Positions 39,021-52,625 of a stretch of DNA of 64,000 bases are shown here, piece by piece. The stretch's first letter is position 1, and each line of letters begins with the position of its first letter. The position numbers and the translations under genes are program-made. This stretch comes from the human T2T-CHM13v2.0 reference genome, Homo sapiens. The stretch lies in the NCBI RefSeq assembly GCF_009914755.1, contig NC_060929.1; one strand, given 5' to 3'. The notes below the pieces were generated by a model. The model had not been told where the DNA came from. It worked only from the letters and a program-made list of their open reading frames with translations, and did not search any database.

Positions 39021-39898
39021 ATATATACTTTATATTGCTGCAAATTACACATCTTGTTTAGAGTTGAAACAGACAAAACCTAGACATTATATTCTCTATG
39101 AAATCTGAAGAGTCTTACTAATAATTTATAAAAGGACAATGGTAAAATACAAAGACTGAAGTACAAAAGTACAATAGTAAAATACAAAAGACCGAAGTCA
39201 GGAAGCTTTTCACAAATGCTTGCAAAGCTCAAACTCCCTTTCATTACCAATTCTACAAACTTGGAGTTGATTGCATTTCAGGGCACATTGCAAAGTACAT
39301 CTTTTCAATGTGCTTTTCCTTAATTAGTACAAACATTTGGTCCCTGAGAAAGGTGGAAGTATAGGCTTGCTTTTGTTTTTGTTAATGTTTTCTGTTTTTT
39401 TATTCACTATTTGCACCCAGAGGCCCATGTGAATGACACATTTTTATTAAAATCAAGAATAAATATTATGTAAATTATGCCCCCAAACAGCAGCTATGGA
39501 GTCTAATTATTTTAAGGCAGCTTTAGCAGGATTCATTTTAGTTCTCTAACCAAAACAAAGCAGAAAGAATATTTCATATGCTAATAGATTTCTGCTTCCC
39601 TTCTTAGCATTTGGAAACTATGTACCAATCATCTTTGCATCCCAACAACCAGGAGAGTGCATGTTTCATATGAGTGTTCATTTAAGTGCTCTCAATGATA
39701 TAGGACAATTACTGAGACAATTAGTGACATATTTTAATTGATTGAAAGTACACATTGAAACATTCACATGACTATTCATGTATATGATTTGTATATATAG
39801 ACACCTATCTCTGAAATATCTTTTCAAAATTTCTTCCCATGAATACAATTAGTACTCCAGTTCTACCAATTTGCCAGTCAGTTTGTTTTAGTCTATGT

Positions 39899-40749
39899 CA
39901 GGTTTTCTCAACATTAGCACTATTGACTTGGGGCCAGATAATTTCTGTGGGAGTTGTCCTGTGAGTTTCAGAATGTTTAGCACCATCCATGACTTCCACC
40001 CCTAGATGCCAGTAACACCCTACCTGCTACAAGCTGAATGCTTTTATCCCCCTCCCCCAAATTCGTATAGTAAACAGTAATCCACGATGTAATGGCATGT
40101 GGAGGTACAAACTTCTGGAGGTGATTATGAGGTCATGAAAATGGAACTGTCATGAATGGATTAGTGCCTTTACAAGAGGAGCTTGGAGCTAGCTACCTTT
40201 TTCCAAGATGTGAGAATACGAGACGTTGGTAGTCTGCAATCCAGAAGAGAGCACTTAGCACAACCCGACAATTCTGGCAACCTAATCTCAGACTCTCAGA
40301 CTCAAGAACTGTGATAAATAAATTGCAGTTTTTTATAAGCCACCAAGACTATGATAATTCTTCTTAGCAGCCAAACTGACTAAAGGAGAAAATTGGTGGG
40401 ACATTCATTGTGTGATGTGTGCTCTCGTAAAAAGAAATGGAAGAGTTTGCTTTCTTTCTTTCTGCTCTTCACTATGTGAAAATATAGGGAGAAGAGGGCT
40501 CTCTGCAAACCAGGAATCAGACACACACCAGATACCAGATAGGCTGGCCCTTTGATCTTGGACTTCCCAGCCTCTAGAACTGTGAGAAATAAATGTTTTT
40601 TGTTTATACCACACAGTCGAAGGTAATTTGTTATAGCAGCGTAAAGTGACTAAGACACTATCCCAAGATGTAATAACTAGATATCTCTCCAGACATTTTC
40701 AACTGTCCCTTGCAGGGGGGTGGATTTTGCCCCCATGTGAGAATCACAG
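39899..40749. mobile_element. MER20 DNA transposon split by an MLT1A-type insertion (40025-40657, + strand)
   Basis: MER20 halves caggttttctcaac...tagatgccagtaacaccc and ...ctccagacatt...tgagaatcacag. The insert has TG...CA ends and TSD ctacc/ctatc. Confidence 0.78.
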
Positions 40750-41228
40750 TCCTATGTGGGAAGGGGTGTTTTCATATATGTTGGAACATATAGAATAATG
40801 CTAAAACATCTTTGTCCTTGACCTCAATTTCTCCCCCTTGGCCTACCTTTCACTTGATTTTAAATATTGTTTATTTTGAAATGCAAATTTTCCTATCATT
40901 GTTTTGGTTATAATTATCAAAGTTCCTCTCATTTCTCTCCCTATTGGCATTGCTGCCAGGATTAATTTCAAAGACCTTACCATTGCAGAAAGCCTCTTCA
41001 TGATCTGTATCTAATCTATCTCTCCAATCTCATTACTTGCTATTCCCACAGGTAACCCAAGCTCCTCATGTACAGCAAACTACAATTCTTTCCTTCATTC
41101 TTCATTTCTCTAATTTCTAATTGGTTTATGAGCCTCAATTCAATTTTCTTCAGCTCATTGCCTCCAGAAAGTTTTGGAATACATTCTCCATGCACACCTC
41201 CCTCAGACCATTATTACACTAAACACAG

Positions 41229-41283
41229 TGTGATGGTTAATTGTACATGTCAACTTGGCTGGGCCACAGGGCCCAGGTATTTC
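41229..41283 (+). mobile_element. MLT2 5' fragment
   Basis: tgtgatggttaattgtacatgtcaacttggctgggccacagggcccag. Confidence 0.65.
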
Positions 41284-41472
41284 ATTCTCTTTCTGTGGAG
41301 AATTATGCATGATACACAATGCATATTTTTTCCAAGTCTATTTCTTCCCTGGAGTTCAAGATGCTGTGTGTATGTGTGTCTGTGTGTGTGTGCACATGTA
41401 TAATTCTTTATCATGAGGACTACTATAATATCGCACGTTACAAGTGATTAAAACATAGTCTAAGAGTGATTG

Positions 41473-41730
41473 CTATAGTCACCCTACTGATCTATCAAAC
41501 ACTAGGTTCTATTTCTTCCACCTAAATGTACATATTGGTACCCACTGGATTGTACATTTTAAAACAGCTAGAAGATAATGATTTGAATGTTCTCAGTGTA
41601 AAGAAACGATACATATTTAAGGTGATGAATTTCACAACTACCCTGATTTGATCATATGAATATGTCAAATTATCACGTGTATCCCACCAAATGTACAACT
41701 TTTTTGTATTAATAAAAAATAAATTAAACT
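41473..41730 (+). mobile_element. Short L1MA 3' end with inverted 5' segment (about 41473-41547)
   Basis: Sense 3'UTR ttgtacattttaaaacagctagaaga... preceded by the reverse complement of the adjacent upstream L1 sequence. Confidence 0.75.
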
Positions 41731-42589
41731 AATGGTTGCACTTCCTGTTTTTTTAAATAATTACAGAAATTATCATTAGTATCACCTTTAAAAAAATATT
41801 GTCAATGTTTATTTAATATTTTCACAGCAAACTTATATCATGACCTATCTCTATTCCCAAAAGATATTGGGTGCTTTTGGTAAAGAAAGCCTCATTTGTA
41901 CAGATCTTTTATGGTGCTACATTTTTTTTTAAACCTGAACAAATCATACTTACTGTTTGGGGTCAAAAGTATAATTAAAAACATGGCATTCTATGGAATG
42001 TTGAAGCAAAACGGGCTTTCCTTTGGTTAAGCAATGAAACATGTTAACTTTGATTTCTATTCCTTAGTTAGAGACTGATTTCTGTAACTTGGTTTATGCA
42101 TATTATTTTGCATAGTTTACCGATCCTCCTTCTTCAAGCATTATCTAGCTCTTGCTGTTAGTGTGACAGGATACAGTTTCTATACTTGCAGATGGAGTAG
42201 GATTGTTGAATATCTACATTTGTGCACAGAAAATTGCTTCACTACATGCATGGGTGCTAGGGGAATTATTTTTAACTGAAACAGTCATGCTTATGAAAAA
42301 GAAAATTCAGAGCTTTTACAAATATCCCACAGATACTGAGGAGACTATTTAGTATATTAGCTTTTGTTAAGTGAATGAAAACCAAGGATTTCATGGTAAA
42401 AATTAGAAAGATTATTAAGGATTTTAACCTTTCTAGAGACAGGATTTCCATGAGTATAAATACAGGATATCCAAGAAGTTTTACACATGTATGCAGCCTT
42501 TCTGATTTTGTTATAAATGAGGGACACAAAAAAACTCCTTTGATAATGCAAAAAAGCTTTGATTATCTCTCCAGCATGATGTACTAAAC

Positions 42590-43030
42590 TAATACAAGTA
42601 TTATTTAGCGAGCACTTATTATATGCTGGGTAATGTGTTAAGTCCTTTAATCTAACTAAATCCTATCAACATATTTATGTAGCATTATTATTCTTTGTTC
42701 ACATATTTGGAATTTGAGATTCCACATGACTGAATGACTGTAAAAGATCACTCTGCTAGTAAGCAGACACAATAGAGTTCCCACGCTGATTTTCCTGTAT
42801 TCAGAGTTTTTTGCACCCTATACTGTCTTTCACAAGTTAGCATTTATTGAGTGACTACTAGGTGCAGGCCACTTTGCTGAGTGCTTTACGCACATTGCTT
42901 CATGCATCCTCACGATAGCTCTGAGACACAGACATTATTTTTCCACTTTTACATATAAAGAGAAAGCCACACAGCTAGGCTGACCAAAGGAACCAGAGTC
43001 AGTTAGAGATGAGTGTTATCCCCAAATCAT
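42590..43030 (-). mobile_element. Two adjacent MIR copies
   Basis: gagcacttattatatgctggg... and agcatttattgagtgactactaggtgcaggcc... Confidence 0.65.
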
Positions 43031-43387
43031 CACGCTTTGTACTATATCTATACTTCCTATCATTAAGGGAGCAATAGATTCTCTAGTTTGTGATTAAATA
43101 GCTCTACAACAATTTTCTCAATCAATTACGCTCACATCCATTAAGTCAAATGAAAAAATTAACATGTGGTCAATAAGACATTCATGGAGATAGCAAAATA
43201 TGTTCTTAATGTGACAAAAATCCAACTGCTAAGCTACACAGTTAAAATCAATTAATATTATAATTTAATTATATTCGTAGAAAACAACGTAGAAATAAAA
43301 CATTTTAAGTGTAATTTTATTCAAGTTTAATTAATGTGAGAGGCAATAAAAATCTTTCTATGTCTAAACGATTGAAGCATGCCATAC

Positions 43388-43641
43388 CTTACTAAGCTGT
43401 TAGTACTGTCAGGATCTTGTGCCAAAACTGTACCAACGACGGTCCCAATCTTGGCATTTTCGTAGACTTCCATGAGGTAGGAAGGCATGGAAAATAGTGG
43501 TGGTTCATCTACATCCCCAACAATGATCTTCAGCATAGTAGCATCTTTAAAAGGACCCAAGTGAGAAAAGCGAAAATCAAGATGTGTATTTGCTCCTTCT
43601 ATGTTGAGGGTATATGACTTCTTTTTCTCATAGTTCAGTGG
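43388..43641 (-). CDS. CDH18: Cadherin-18 internal coding exon (254 nt, probably exon 8), EC3/EC4
   Basis: Acceptor ttttttttccccacag|CCA and donor AG|gtatgg. Translates PLNYEKKKSYTLNIEGANTHLDFRFSHLGPFKDATMLKIIVGDVDEPPLFSMPSYLMEVYENAKIGTVVGTVLAQDPDSTNSLV(R). Phase 0 start fits the previous exon. Confidence 0.96.
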
Positions 43642-44304
43642 CTGTGGGGAAAAAAAATAAGATTATGACTTTTATAAAAAAAGTCATATTATGACTTTCA
43701 TTACTTTTCAAATATGCATTATTTTTTCCTTTTTAGAATAAAATAATTGAGAGAGAGATAAGTCATTCTAGCTTTGTTCTAAAACGAACTATGAAGATTA
43801 TTTTAATAATAACATCTAAGGCATAAATGGAACCTCAGCATTTTGTATTTAGTGCAATAATATGTATTTGGTGTTATGGACATCAATAGGAGGAATACAA
43901 ACTCCGATTCAGGAATGTGTGAGGACTGCTAGGTAATGTTTTCAAGAGGAAGTGCTTTTTCAGATAAGAACTAAACATTTGGAAAGTGTTTAGCATGATT
44001 GATATAAAAGGCTGTGTGAAACTAAGATGAACGGATGTAGTTTTAAAAGTTAAAAGCTCCCATGGTGAGGTGAGTGAAGGTGATTCGGAGACCAGTCTTC
44101 CATTTTAAACTGGATGAAGTATCCACTGATGCTGGTCTTCCTGTTAAAGATCTGTGAGAAACAGCAGAATAGAGAATTTTCATTTCTATTTATGCCACTG
44201 ATTTTGTACAAGCCTGCTTCAATCTCAAAGTGTCTTTTTTTGGCAGGAACAGAATGGTCATTCCCTGCAGAGAAATTGAGGCATTGTCCTTTACATTAAG
44301 GGTC

Positions 44305-44633
44305 AATATCATAGTCAATTCAGGTTGCTATAACAGAATACCATACACTGGGTGGCTTAAGCCAACATCAACGTTCCTTTCAGAGCTGGTGTCTGGTAGG
44401 CATCCTCTTTCTGGTTTACAGACGGCCTCTTACTTGCTGTATCCTCACACAACAGAGAAACCATCTCTCCCTTGTCTCTTCTTATAAAGACACAAATCCC
44501 ATTCATGAAGGTTTCGCTCTAATTACCTAATTATGTACCAAAGACCTCACCTCCAAATACCATCATATCACACTGGGGATTAGATTTCAACATATGAATT
44601 TTGAGGGAAGAAACATCCCTTCAGTTCATAGCA
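44305..44633 (-). mobile_element. MLT1A-like LTR
   Basis: caggttgctataacagaataccatacactgggtggctt...ttcagttcatagca. Confidence 0.8.
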
Positions 44634-45079
44634 ACCAAGCAAAAGCTAACTAGAAAGAGGATCCTTATCAGGATCCTGTAAACAGAATGATCAGTACTAT
44701 AATACTTATAATAAGTTCCCCAATTTTTCTGAATTGCCTTGGAAAATTGGCCTTCCCAGGGGTTGGAGATTACACAAAAGGCAAAATATCATTTCATTTC
44801 CAAACCATATATTAAGAACCTAGAAAACTAGGGTCACAGGGACATTGATGAGGATAAGCCACTACAATATTTTACCAGTTTCCAAAAAAATATGTATCTT
44901 TATATCTTAAAAAATTCAAATTATCAGAAGTTGATCATATATACAATACACATGCATTTATATATGACACAAACATTATGAATTTCAGATTATATATTTT
45001 TCAAGGAGTTGCTTCTGAAGTTTATGACCTATCACACTAGAAATAAATTGCCAAAATAACTAATACCTATCTTGTTTGA

Positions 45080-45386
<307 letters not shown>

Positions 45387-46567
45387 GAGGAGTTGCATAC
45401 TCTTAATTGGATCCACACATTAAACTTTTTCTTTCCTTGAATCCTTCCTCCTTTACATTAACAAGTGAGAATTTGCCTATGACTAATTTATCAATAAGCC
45501 CCATCAAAATTTAAATAACTCGTCCTAGAAATGGTACATACTTGCTGCCTATCAGCAACTGGGTGGACAAAAATGGTCCCTCTTGGCTTATAAGAGCTGG
45601 ACAGTCAGAATCGTGCATCCTGCTCATGGAAATACGAATACCTGGAAAGTTTACTGTTAGTTTTAGATCAATGTCTATAATTTTTGGAGTTAACTTGCTG
45701 CATGTGGAAGGCTTGATGATGTCTAAGGTTCTTCTCACTGAATATGGGTATTTAAGACCTTAGAACTAAAAATCAGAGTTACATACTTTTCTAGGAATGC
45801 TTAACATTTCTTTCTCACAATAACACTGGATTTTAAAACAATCACCTCCACTTATTTATTATTTTTGGCTTTTACATCTTTTGGACTTTTCAATGAAATT
45901 TGTGGAGGGATTTGGGCCACCTCCCGTCCTATCTGATATTATTATCAAGCTCTGCATCCAAGATGACACACATCTCTTGTTCCATTTCTTAGCAGGTCCC
46001 CTGGCAAGTTAGATGCCATTTGCCTCAATACTAACCTACCTACTGCTACGGTGCAGGCTGTTTCTGTGGACATATGGTTTCAGGTTGACGATCATCTAAT
46101 ATATATTTTACTACTCCAGGGTGGGGGTAAACATTTTGAGGGACTTCTTTGCCAGAACTGACGGATGGATGGAAACCATGTGGAGCCATGAAAAAAATGA
46201 GTAGATTATTTTAGGTTGGGACAGGAATTTAGAAGCAGTTGAATTAACGCAACTGGAAATATTTTAACAACCTCATTTGTGAAGAAAAGCTGGTGAGGCT
46301 GAATTGCCGGTACAGGGAAACTGTGAGAAAATTATACTCATTTATTTATGCCTGGATATTTTAGAGTTATATATATAATAGAAATTATTGTATTATTTGG
46401 TTTTACCCAAAAAAAATGGTATTTATAGTATTAGTATTATAGTGATTATTTTTCTATTACTGTAACTCTGGGAAAACTACTCAAGTACCCATCTTCCACA
46501 CCTTTTAAATAGTTGAGTAAACTATTAAAGTTGTCTTCCACGCTTTCTTAGTTAAAAAAAAAAATCC

Positions 46568-46886
<319 letters not shown>

Positions 46887-46908
46887 TCATACTTAATGAG
46901 TGCTATTT

Positions 46909-47093
46909 TCAGTGTTGCCAAATTCAATCATTTAAACTACTGGATGCCCAGTTACATTTAAATTTAGGATAAACTGTAGGGTTTTTAGTATATTAATTGT
47001 CATTTATCACAAGAAACATAGTTGTAGAAAAATTTATTGGTTATTTAAAATTAGAATGTAATTAGATGTCCTGTACTTTATTTGACAATGCTA
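46909..47093. mobile_element. MER53-like palindromic hAT MITE
   Basis: Inverted termini cagtgttgccaaat...atttgacaatgcta; internal ggatgcccagttacatttaaattt. Confidence 0.6.
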
Positions 47094-47230
47094 ATTAGCA
47101 TGCATTCATATTCCAACATTCACCATGGTGATGATGGTGGTTGGTATCAAACTCACTTGGTAGGGAAGAGAGAAACTACCAGCAAGTATAACATGGGTAT
47201 GTATTCACAACTCCTGTCCTTTTTCAAAAG

Positions 47231-47311
47231 TTAGTTTAACTCATATGAAATTGCTGATATCAAAAATGTATGATGACATATACAAAAGATCATTTCATAT
47301 GGTTCAGTCTA
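47231..47311. mobile_element. MADE2-like mariner MITE
   Basis: About 80 bp with inverted catatgaaat / atttcatatg termini. Confidence 0.65.
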
Positions 47312-47485
47312 GCATAATTATTTGTCTATCCCTCAACTATCTGAGCATTCCTGGAATCATCCCATTTGCAATGTGTTTTGTTTTACTGGAATGGTGCTTA
47401 GAATTGTCCTGTGGGTGCTGAGAAATTAAGCTGCTTAATGTTGCTTAATATTTGTATTGGCTTATTATTTTCTGTTAATCCTACT

Positions 47486-47660
47486 ATATTCGTTTCCTAG
47501 GGATGACATAACAAATTGCCACAAACAGGTTGGGTTGTAACAACAGAAATTACCTTGAAGTTCTGAAGTCACTAAGTCAGAAATGTGGCAGAACCACACC
47601 CTCTCTGGGAACTCTAGACAATCCATTCCTCACTTTTTTCAGTTTTTGTGGCTGCCCTAG
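47486..47660 (-). mobile_element. MLT1 (C-like) LTR 3' fragment
   Basis: tatattcgtttcctaggg...ataacaaattgccacaaac...caacagaaatt. Confidence 0.65.
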
Positions 47661-47897
47661 CCTGCCCCAGAAGAAAGATACCCCTACATGATTGGACACT
47701 CAATTTATATTGTAATTCAACCACTTGCAGGATGAAACTCTAGGTTTAATGTCCAGAAATCATAATTTTGCAGTTATAGGTGATGAAGATTTCTTCCAGG
47801 GGAAACATAGAAGACTTTGGGTACTTTATGCAAAGTACCCGTAGGGGCAGTGGCAAGCAGAGCTACAGACTCAGAGAGGAAAGTATTGAGCCTTACA

Positions 47898-49178
47898 AGA
47901 ATCAGCTCAAAATGGATTAAAGACAATGTAAGACCTAAAACGATAAATCTACTAGAAGAAGAAATTGAGGGGAAACCTTCATGACATTGTTCTAGGCTGA
48001 GATTACTTGTCTATAACTAAAAAAAATAGGCAAAGTAAGCAAAAATAGACAAGTGGGAATGATCAAACTAAAGAGCTTCTTCATAGCAAAGAAATCAAGT
48101 AATAGAATGAAGAGATAATACATGATTTGAAGAAAATATTTGAAAATTGTACATCGGATAAGGGCCAATATCCAAAATAATGAAGGAACTCAAACTACTC
48201 AAAAAAAAAATACAAATCACTCTATTCAAAAAATGGGCAAATCACTTAATAGATATTTCTCAAAAAATGACATACAACTGAGCAACATATATATGAAAAA
48301 TTCCTCAATATCTCTAAATATCAGAAAAGTGCCAAATTAAAACCACAGTGAAATATCATCTCATGCCTTTTACAGTGGCTATCATCAAAAACATGAACGA
48401 TAACAAGTATTGGCAAGGATGTGGAGAAAAGGAAACACAGGACTGTGGTTTTGTAAATTAGTACAGCCATTTTGGAAAAAAGTATGAAGGTTCCTCAAAA
48501 AACTGAAAGTAGAATTTCCATAGGATCCAGCAATCCCCTGACTGGGTATATAGCCAAAGGAACTGACATCAGTATCCCAAAGACATGGCTGCACCCTTAT
48601 ATTAATTGCAGCATTACTCACATTAGACAAGATATGGAAAAAAACAAAGTATTCATCCACGAATAAAAGGATTTTAAAAAATTGTGGTGTAGATACACAG
48701 TGGAATACTATTTAGTCTGTTACTTAAAAAAAGATTCTGTCATTTGTAACAACATGTGTGAACGTAGAGAACATTATGTTTAGTGAAATAAGCCAGGCAC
48801 AGACAGACAAATACCATATGATCTTAGTTACATATGGAATCTAAAGTCAAACTCATTTAAGTAGAAAGTAGAATGGTTGTTACCAGAGGCTGGGAATAGA
48901 GAGGTGAGTAGGAAAAGGGGAGACATTGGTTAATGGGTACAATGTTACAGTTAGGTAGGAGGAATCAGTTCTGGTGTTCCATATACAGCACAGTGACTAC
49001 ACTTAATAATAATGCATTGTACCATTCAAAATATCTAAAAGAGAGAATTTTAAATGTTCTCACCACATGTAAATGATAAATATTTGAAGTAACAGACATG
49101 TACCAATCACATTGTACATCATAAATATATATAATTATTTTCTGTCAATTAAATATTAAATAAAACTTAGGAAAAAAG
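47898..49178 (+). mobile_element. 5'-truncated L1MA inserted into MLT1 internal sequence
   Basis: ctcaaaatggattaaagac... through the 3'UTR ttctgtcaattaaat and A tail. Both flanks look like MLT1 internal sequence. Confidence 0.82.
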
Positions 49179-49179
49179 A

Positions 49180-50007
49180 AACCTAATGGAATTTTCCATG
49201 CTGGGTTTTAAACATATTTGGAACTTGTGACTTTTTTATTTCTTCCATTTTCCCCCTGTTGGAATGTCAGTGTTTATAACTGTTATCTTATGCCTCTCCT
49301 ACCATTGTATTTTAGATAAGGATAATTTGTTTTCTAATTTCACAGGTCCACAGATGAAGATTTTCATGCTAGGATTCAAACTATCTAGAGTTTCACCCAC
49401 ACCTGATTAAGATAATGAGATTTAGATTGAGATGATGAGTTTAGAAATGTTGACCTGATGATAAACAGATAAGATTTTGGACTTAGAATTGATTTTGTAA
49501 TAGATTGATATTTTAGGGATGTTGGGATGGGGTAAACACTACTGTACACATGGGAAGGACATGGCTTTCGTGGAGACAGGCTATAGAGGCCTGACGGCAA
49601 CCCTGCAACAAATATGAATATGGCAAATCATGCAATTAACTTATGTAGTAAACTATAAGAAGAGGTGATAATCCTCGATTATTTAGGTAGGTGTTAAATT
49701 TAATGACAAGGGTCCTTATAAGAGTGGCCAAGGGAGATTTGGCAGAGAAAATGTGATGCGGTCATATGACCACAGAGGCAGAGAGAGGAGTGATGTAGCC
49801 ATGAGCTGAGGAACAACTGGAGCCTTCAGAAGCTGGAATTGGTGAGGAATGGACAGGTCCTTAGAGTTTACCAAGGAAAGAGGAAGTGCAGTCCCACCAA
49901 CTCCTGATTCCAGACTTCTGGCCTCCAGGACTGTGAGACAGCACACTGGTTTCTCGAGTTCCTCAGTTTATGGTCATTTGTAAGAGCATTCCTAGGAAAC
50001 GAATGTA
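49180..50007 (+). mobile_element. MLT1 internal 3' part plus MLT1C-like LTR
   Basis: cctaatggaatttt...ccattgtattt..., with the LTR ending cctaggaaacgaatgta. Confidence 0.7.
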
Positions 50008-50329
50008 AATTTGTCTGCTTTATGTAGAAACATAGTAGAAATTTTCTTTCTTTTCAGTGTGTTGAAAGCTTTAAATAGTATTGCAGTTATGTGCTCTTCC
50101 AGGTTTGACAGAATTCCTTAGTGAATTATTGGGTCTGATATATTTAGGGAAAATTCACAAGCTTCTCATTTTCTTATTCAGAAATCAGTTTATGTGTGTT
50201 TTCTGTTTCTTTGAAGTTGCTTTTAGCAACCTTCCCTCGAAATCCTTCATATTAAATTTATTTGTGTAGAGTTAAGAAAATATTGTTATAATGTTTTCAA
50301 GCTGCTTATTTTCTATGTCTTTCATGTAT

Positions 50330-52010
50330 CTTAATAAGATTAGTTTAGGTTTTTTTTTTAAACTTTCCTTCCAAAAAATCAGGTTTGAATATATATTTTT
50401 GTTTACTATTCTTTATTCATTTTCTTATTTTATTCTCCATTATTAGTTACATATTTAATTCATCTAATATTATTCTTTTTAGTCGATGTCTTTGATATGT
50501 TTAGAATTACAAGTATACTTTCAGAAGCACTTAATTTGTATCCCATAATTTCCATATATGTTCTTTCTCATTATAGTTTTTTTCCTAGAAATTCTGCAAT
50601 TTGTTTGCCTTTTTTTTTCTGTGATTTGAGAATTCCTGAAGAAGAAGGTTGTGGTTGTTGCAGTTAATACATTTTCAGTTTAAGGTCATTATTTGTTTTC
50701 TGATGTTTTTCACTAACTTTTAGTTGTATTTGGAAAGGAGCATTTTATTTGTACTATTTTAACTTTGAGTCCTTTAATGAGATAGTCTTGAAGACTAATA
50801 CGTAATATTTAGTCAGTTTTACTAAATATTCTATAGGCGCTTGAATTAAATGATATAGCCCCAGAATGCAGAGAATGATTTATTAAATCTATCAACCTCC
50901 TTATTAATTACATTATTTGATTATTCATATTTTAAAATACTTTATCTATCACAGACTGAAATTTGTGAGCTATAACCCTCTACAATTCTGTTTATAGACA
51001 TATTTCTTTGTATATATTGTGATTTCTTCTTTGTGAATGTTGGTCAATAACATGCAACAGAGATACATACTCACAGTGAATGGCTCACTTTAGGATTGTA
51101 AAGTGTTTTTCTGTTCCTTCTTTTTATGATTTCAGTTTGGATCCCATCACTGTGGGTGCTGAAATCATATCTCTTACTTTCCTTTTTATGTATGTGGATT
51201 TTTATTATGATCTTATTTTTTTTTGTTTTAGATACATCTGGTTTCCTTGAGTGAAGTTCTATTTTTGTTTATTTTTTTTCTAGTGACCACCTCCATTCTT
51301 ATAAGTTTAGATAATATTGTGTTATCACCATACAATAAACAGCAATTAAAATAAAATAGACTGTTTCCATCTTCTCCCATTTCACTTAAATATTTGTAAC
51401 TTTTAATTTTTGTTTACTTTTGTACTCTTAGTAATGCTTATAGATCTAATATTTGACTTATTAGCTCGGACTTATATTTTTTCATTCTTAGTTATTACTA
51501 ATAAATTTTTTTTAAACTTACAATCCTATGTTCTTAGGAAAAGAGGTATTGTTTCTACAGTTTTTAAGGCACATGTTTACATTCTGATAAACTACTCTGA
51601 TCCTGATGTTAATCACAGTCAGTGTTCCTGCCTGTCATTACCCATTAGTACCCACAAGTATTTCTTGGTAAGATACATTACTTCCCAATAAAATATCCTT
51701 CAATCCACCCCCCCCAAAGAAATATAATTATTTATTGTTTCTAAATACAGAATTTTACATTGATCCCAATTAAAGGTGCTAACTAATATTTAGGTAGATT
51801 ATTCCAACTGGTCAGAAGTTTTTTTAGTTTCATTTTATTTTTAATGACACAATAATTATACATATTTACGGGGTATGGGATAAAATGTAAACTATTGACA
51901 TATGCATACAACGTGTAATAATCAAACTAAGGTAATTAGCATATTGTAATGTTCAAAGTTTTTTGGTCATAATTTCCATACTTGAAGGACAATATGGGTG
52001 GATATAAATC
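50330..52010 (-). mobile_element. Highly degenerate old L1 (L1ME-like), with an L1MA 3' fragment at about 51830-51945
   Basis: T-rich antisense-L1-like sequence (tgtatcccataatt, ttgaaggacaatatgggtggatataaatcc). Confidence 0.5.
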
Positions 52011-52404
52011 CTTTGGCTGAATTTATTTTCTTGAGTATCCAAAGTCCACACATGTTTAAAAATAATTTCCCATGCAAATATTTCACTGACCCCTTCCCAT
52101 CTTTGAAAAGTTGGTTCTTTTTAATTTCTAAACTCATAACAATTAAGGCAAACCTATATCATTAACAGTTGGTATGGGCTGACATCTTGTATTATAACAA
52201 TATATCATGTCTACCCAGTTTTCCCTAAGAGAAAAAATATTATCTAATTCATTTCATAGTCATGTATCTAAAATAATTCCTAGCACATGGAATTTGATTA
52301 ATAGCTCTTTCTCCATCTCAAATACAGCTGTTTTCAGAGTACAGAAAGGTGCTATTACATGGTTTAGATTTGATGGATAAAAAATTTAATATTATTTTTG
52401 AAAT

Positions 52405-52625
52405 ATAATACTTAACACCGACCTATGCCCTAAACAATTAACATATATTAATTTATTTAACCTTCACAACACCTGTGTGAGATATAATTGTTCCCATCTA
52501 CAAATGAGGAAACTAAGGCATAGGACAGTTAAGAAACTCCTTATGGACAACAGTCTGTAAGTGATGTACTTGGGATTTAAACTCAGGCAGAGGAAGTGTA
52601 TAAGCTGTGTCCTTAAGCACTATGT
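52405..52625 (-). mobile_element. MIR
   Basis: cccatctacaaatgaggaaactaaggcat...gggatttaaactcaggcag. Confidence 0.8.

Noticed and set aside
43327-43560. ORF-track start and stop for the cadherin ORFs (also 62848-63096)
   Set aside because: True limits are the splice sites; the ORF ends run into intron sequence.
45500-46330. Non-repeat stretch with overlapping 73-75 aa ORFs; possible hidden exon or enhancer
   Set aside because: No recognisable protein similarity or convincing splice-site pair; regulatory function cannot be judged without conservation data.
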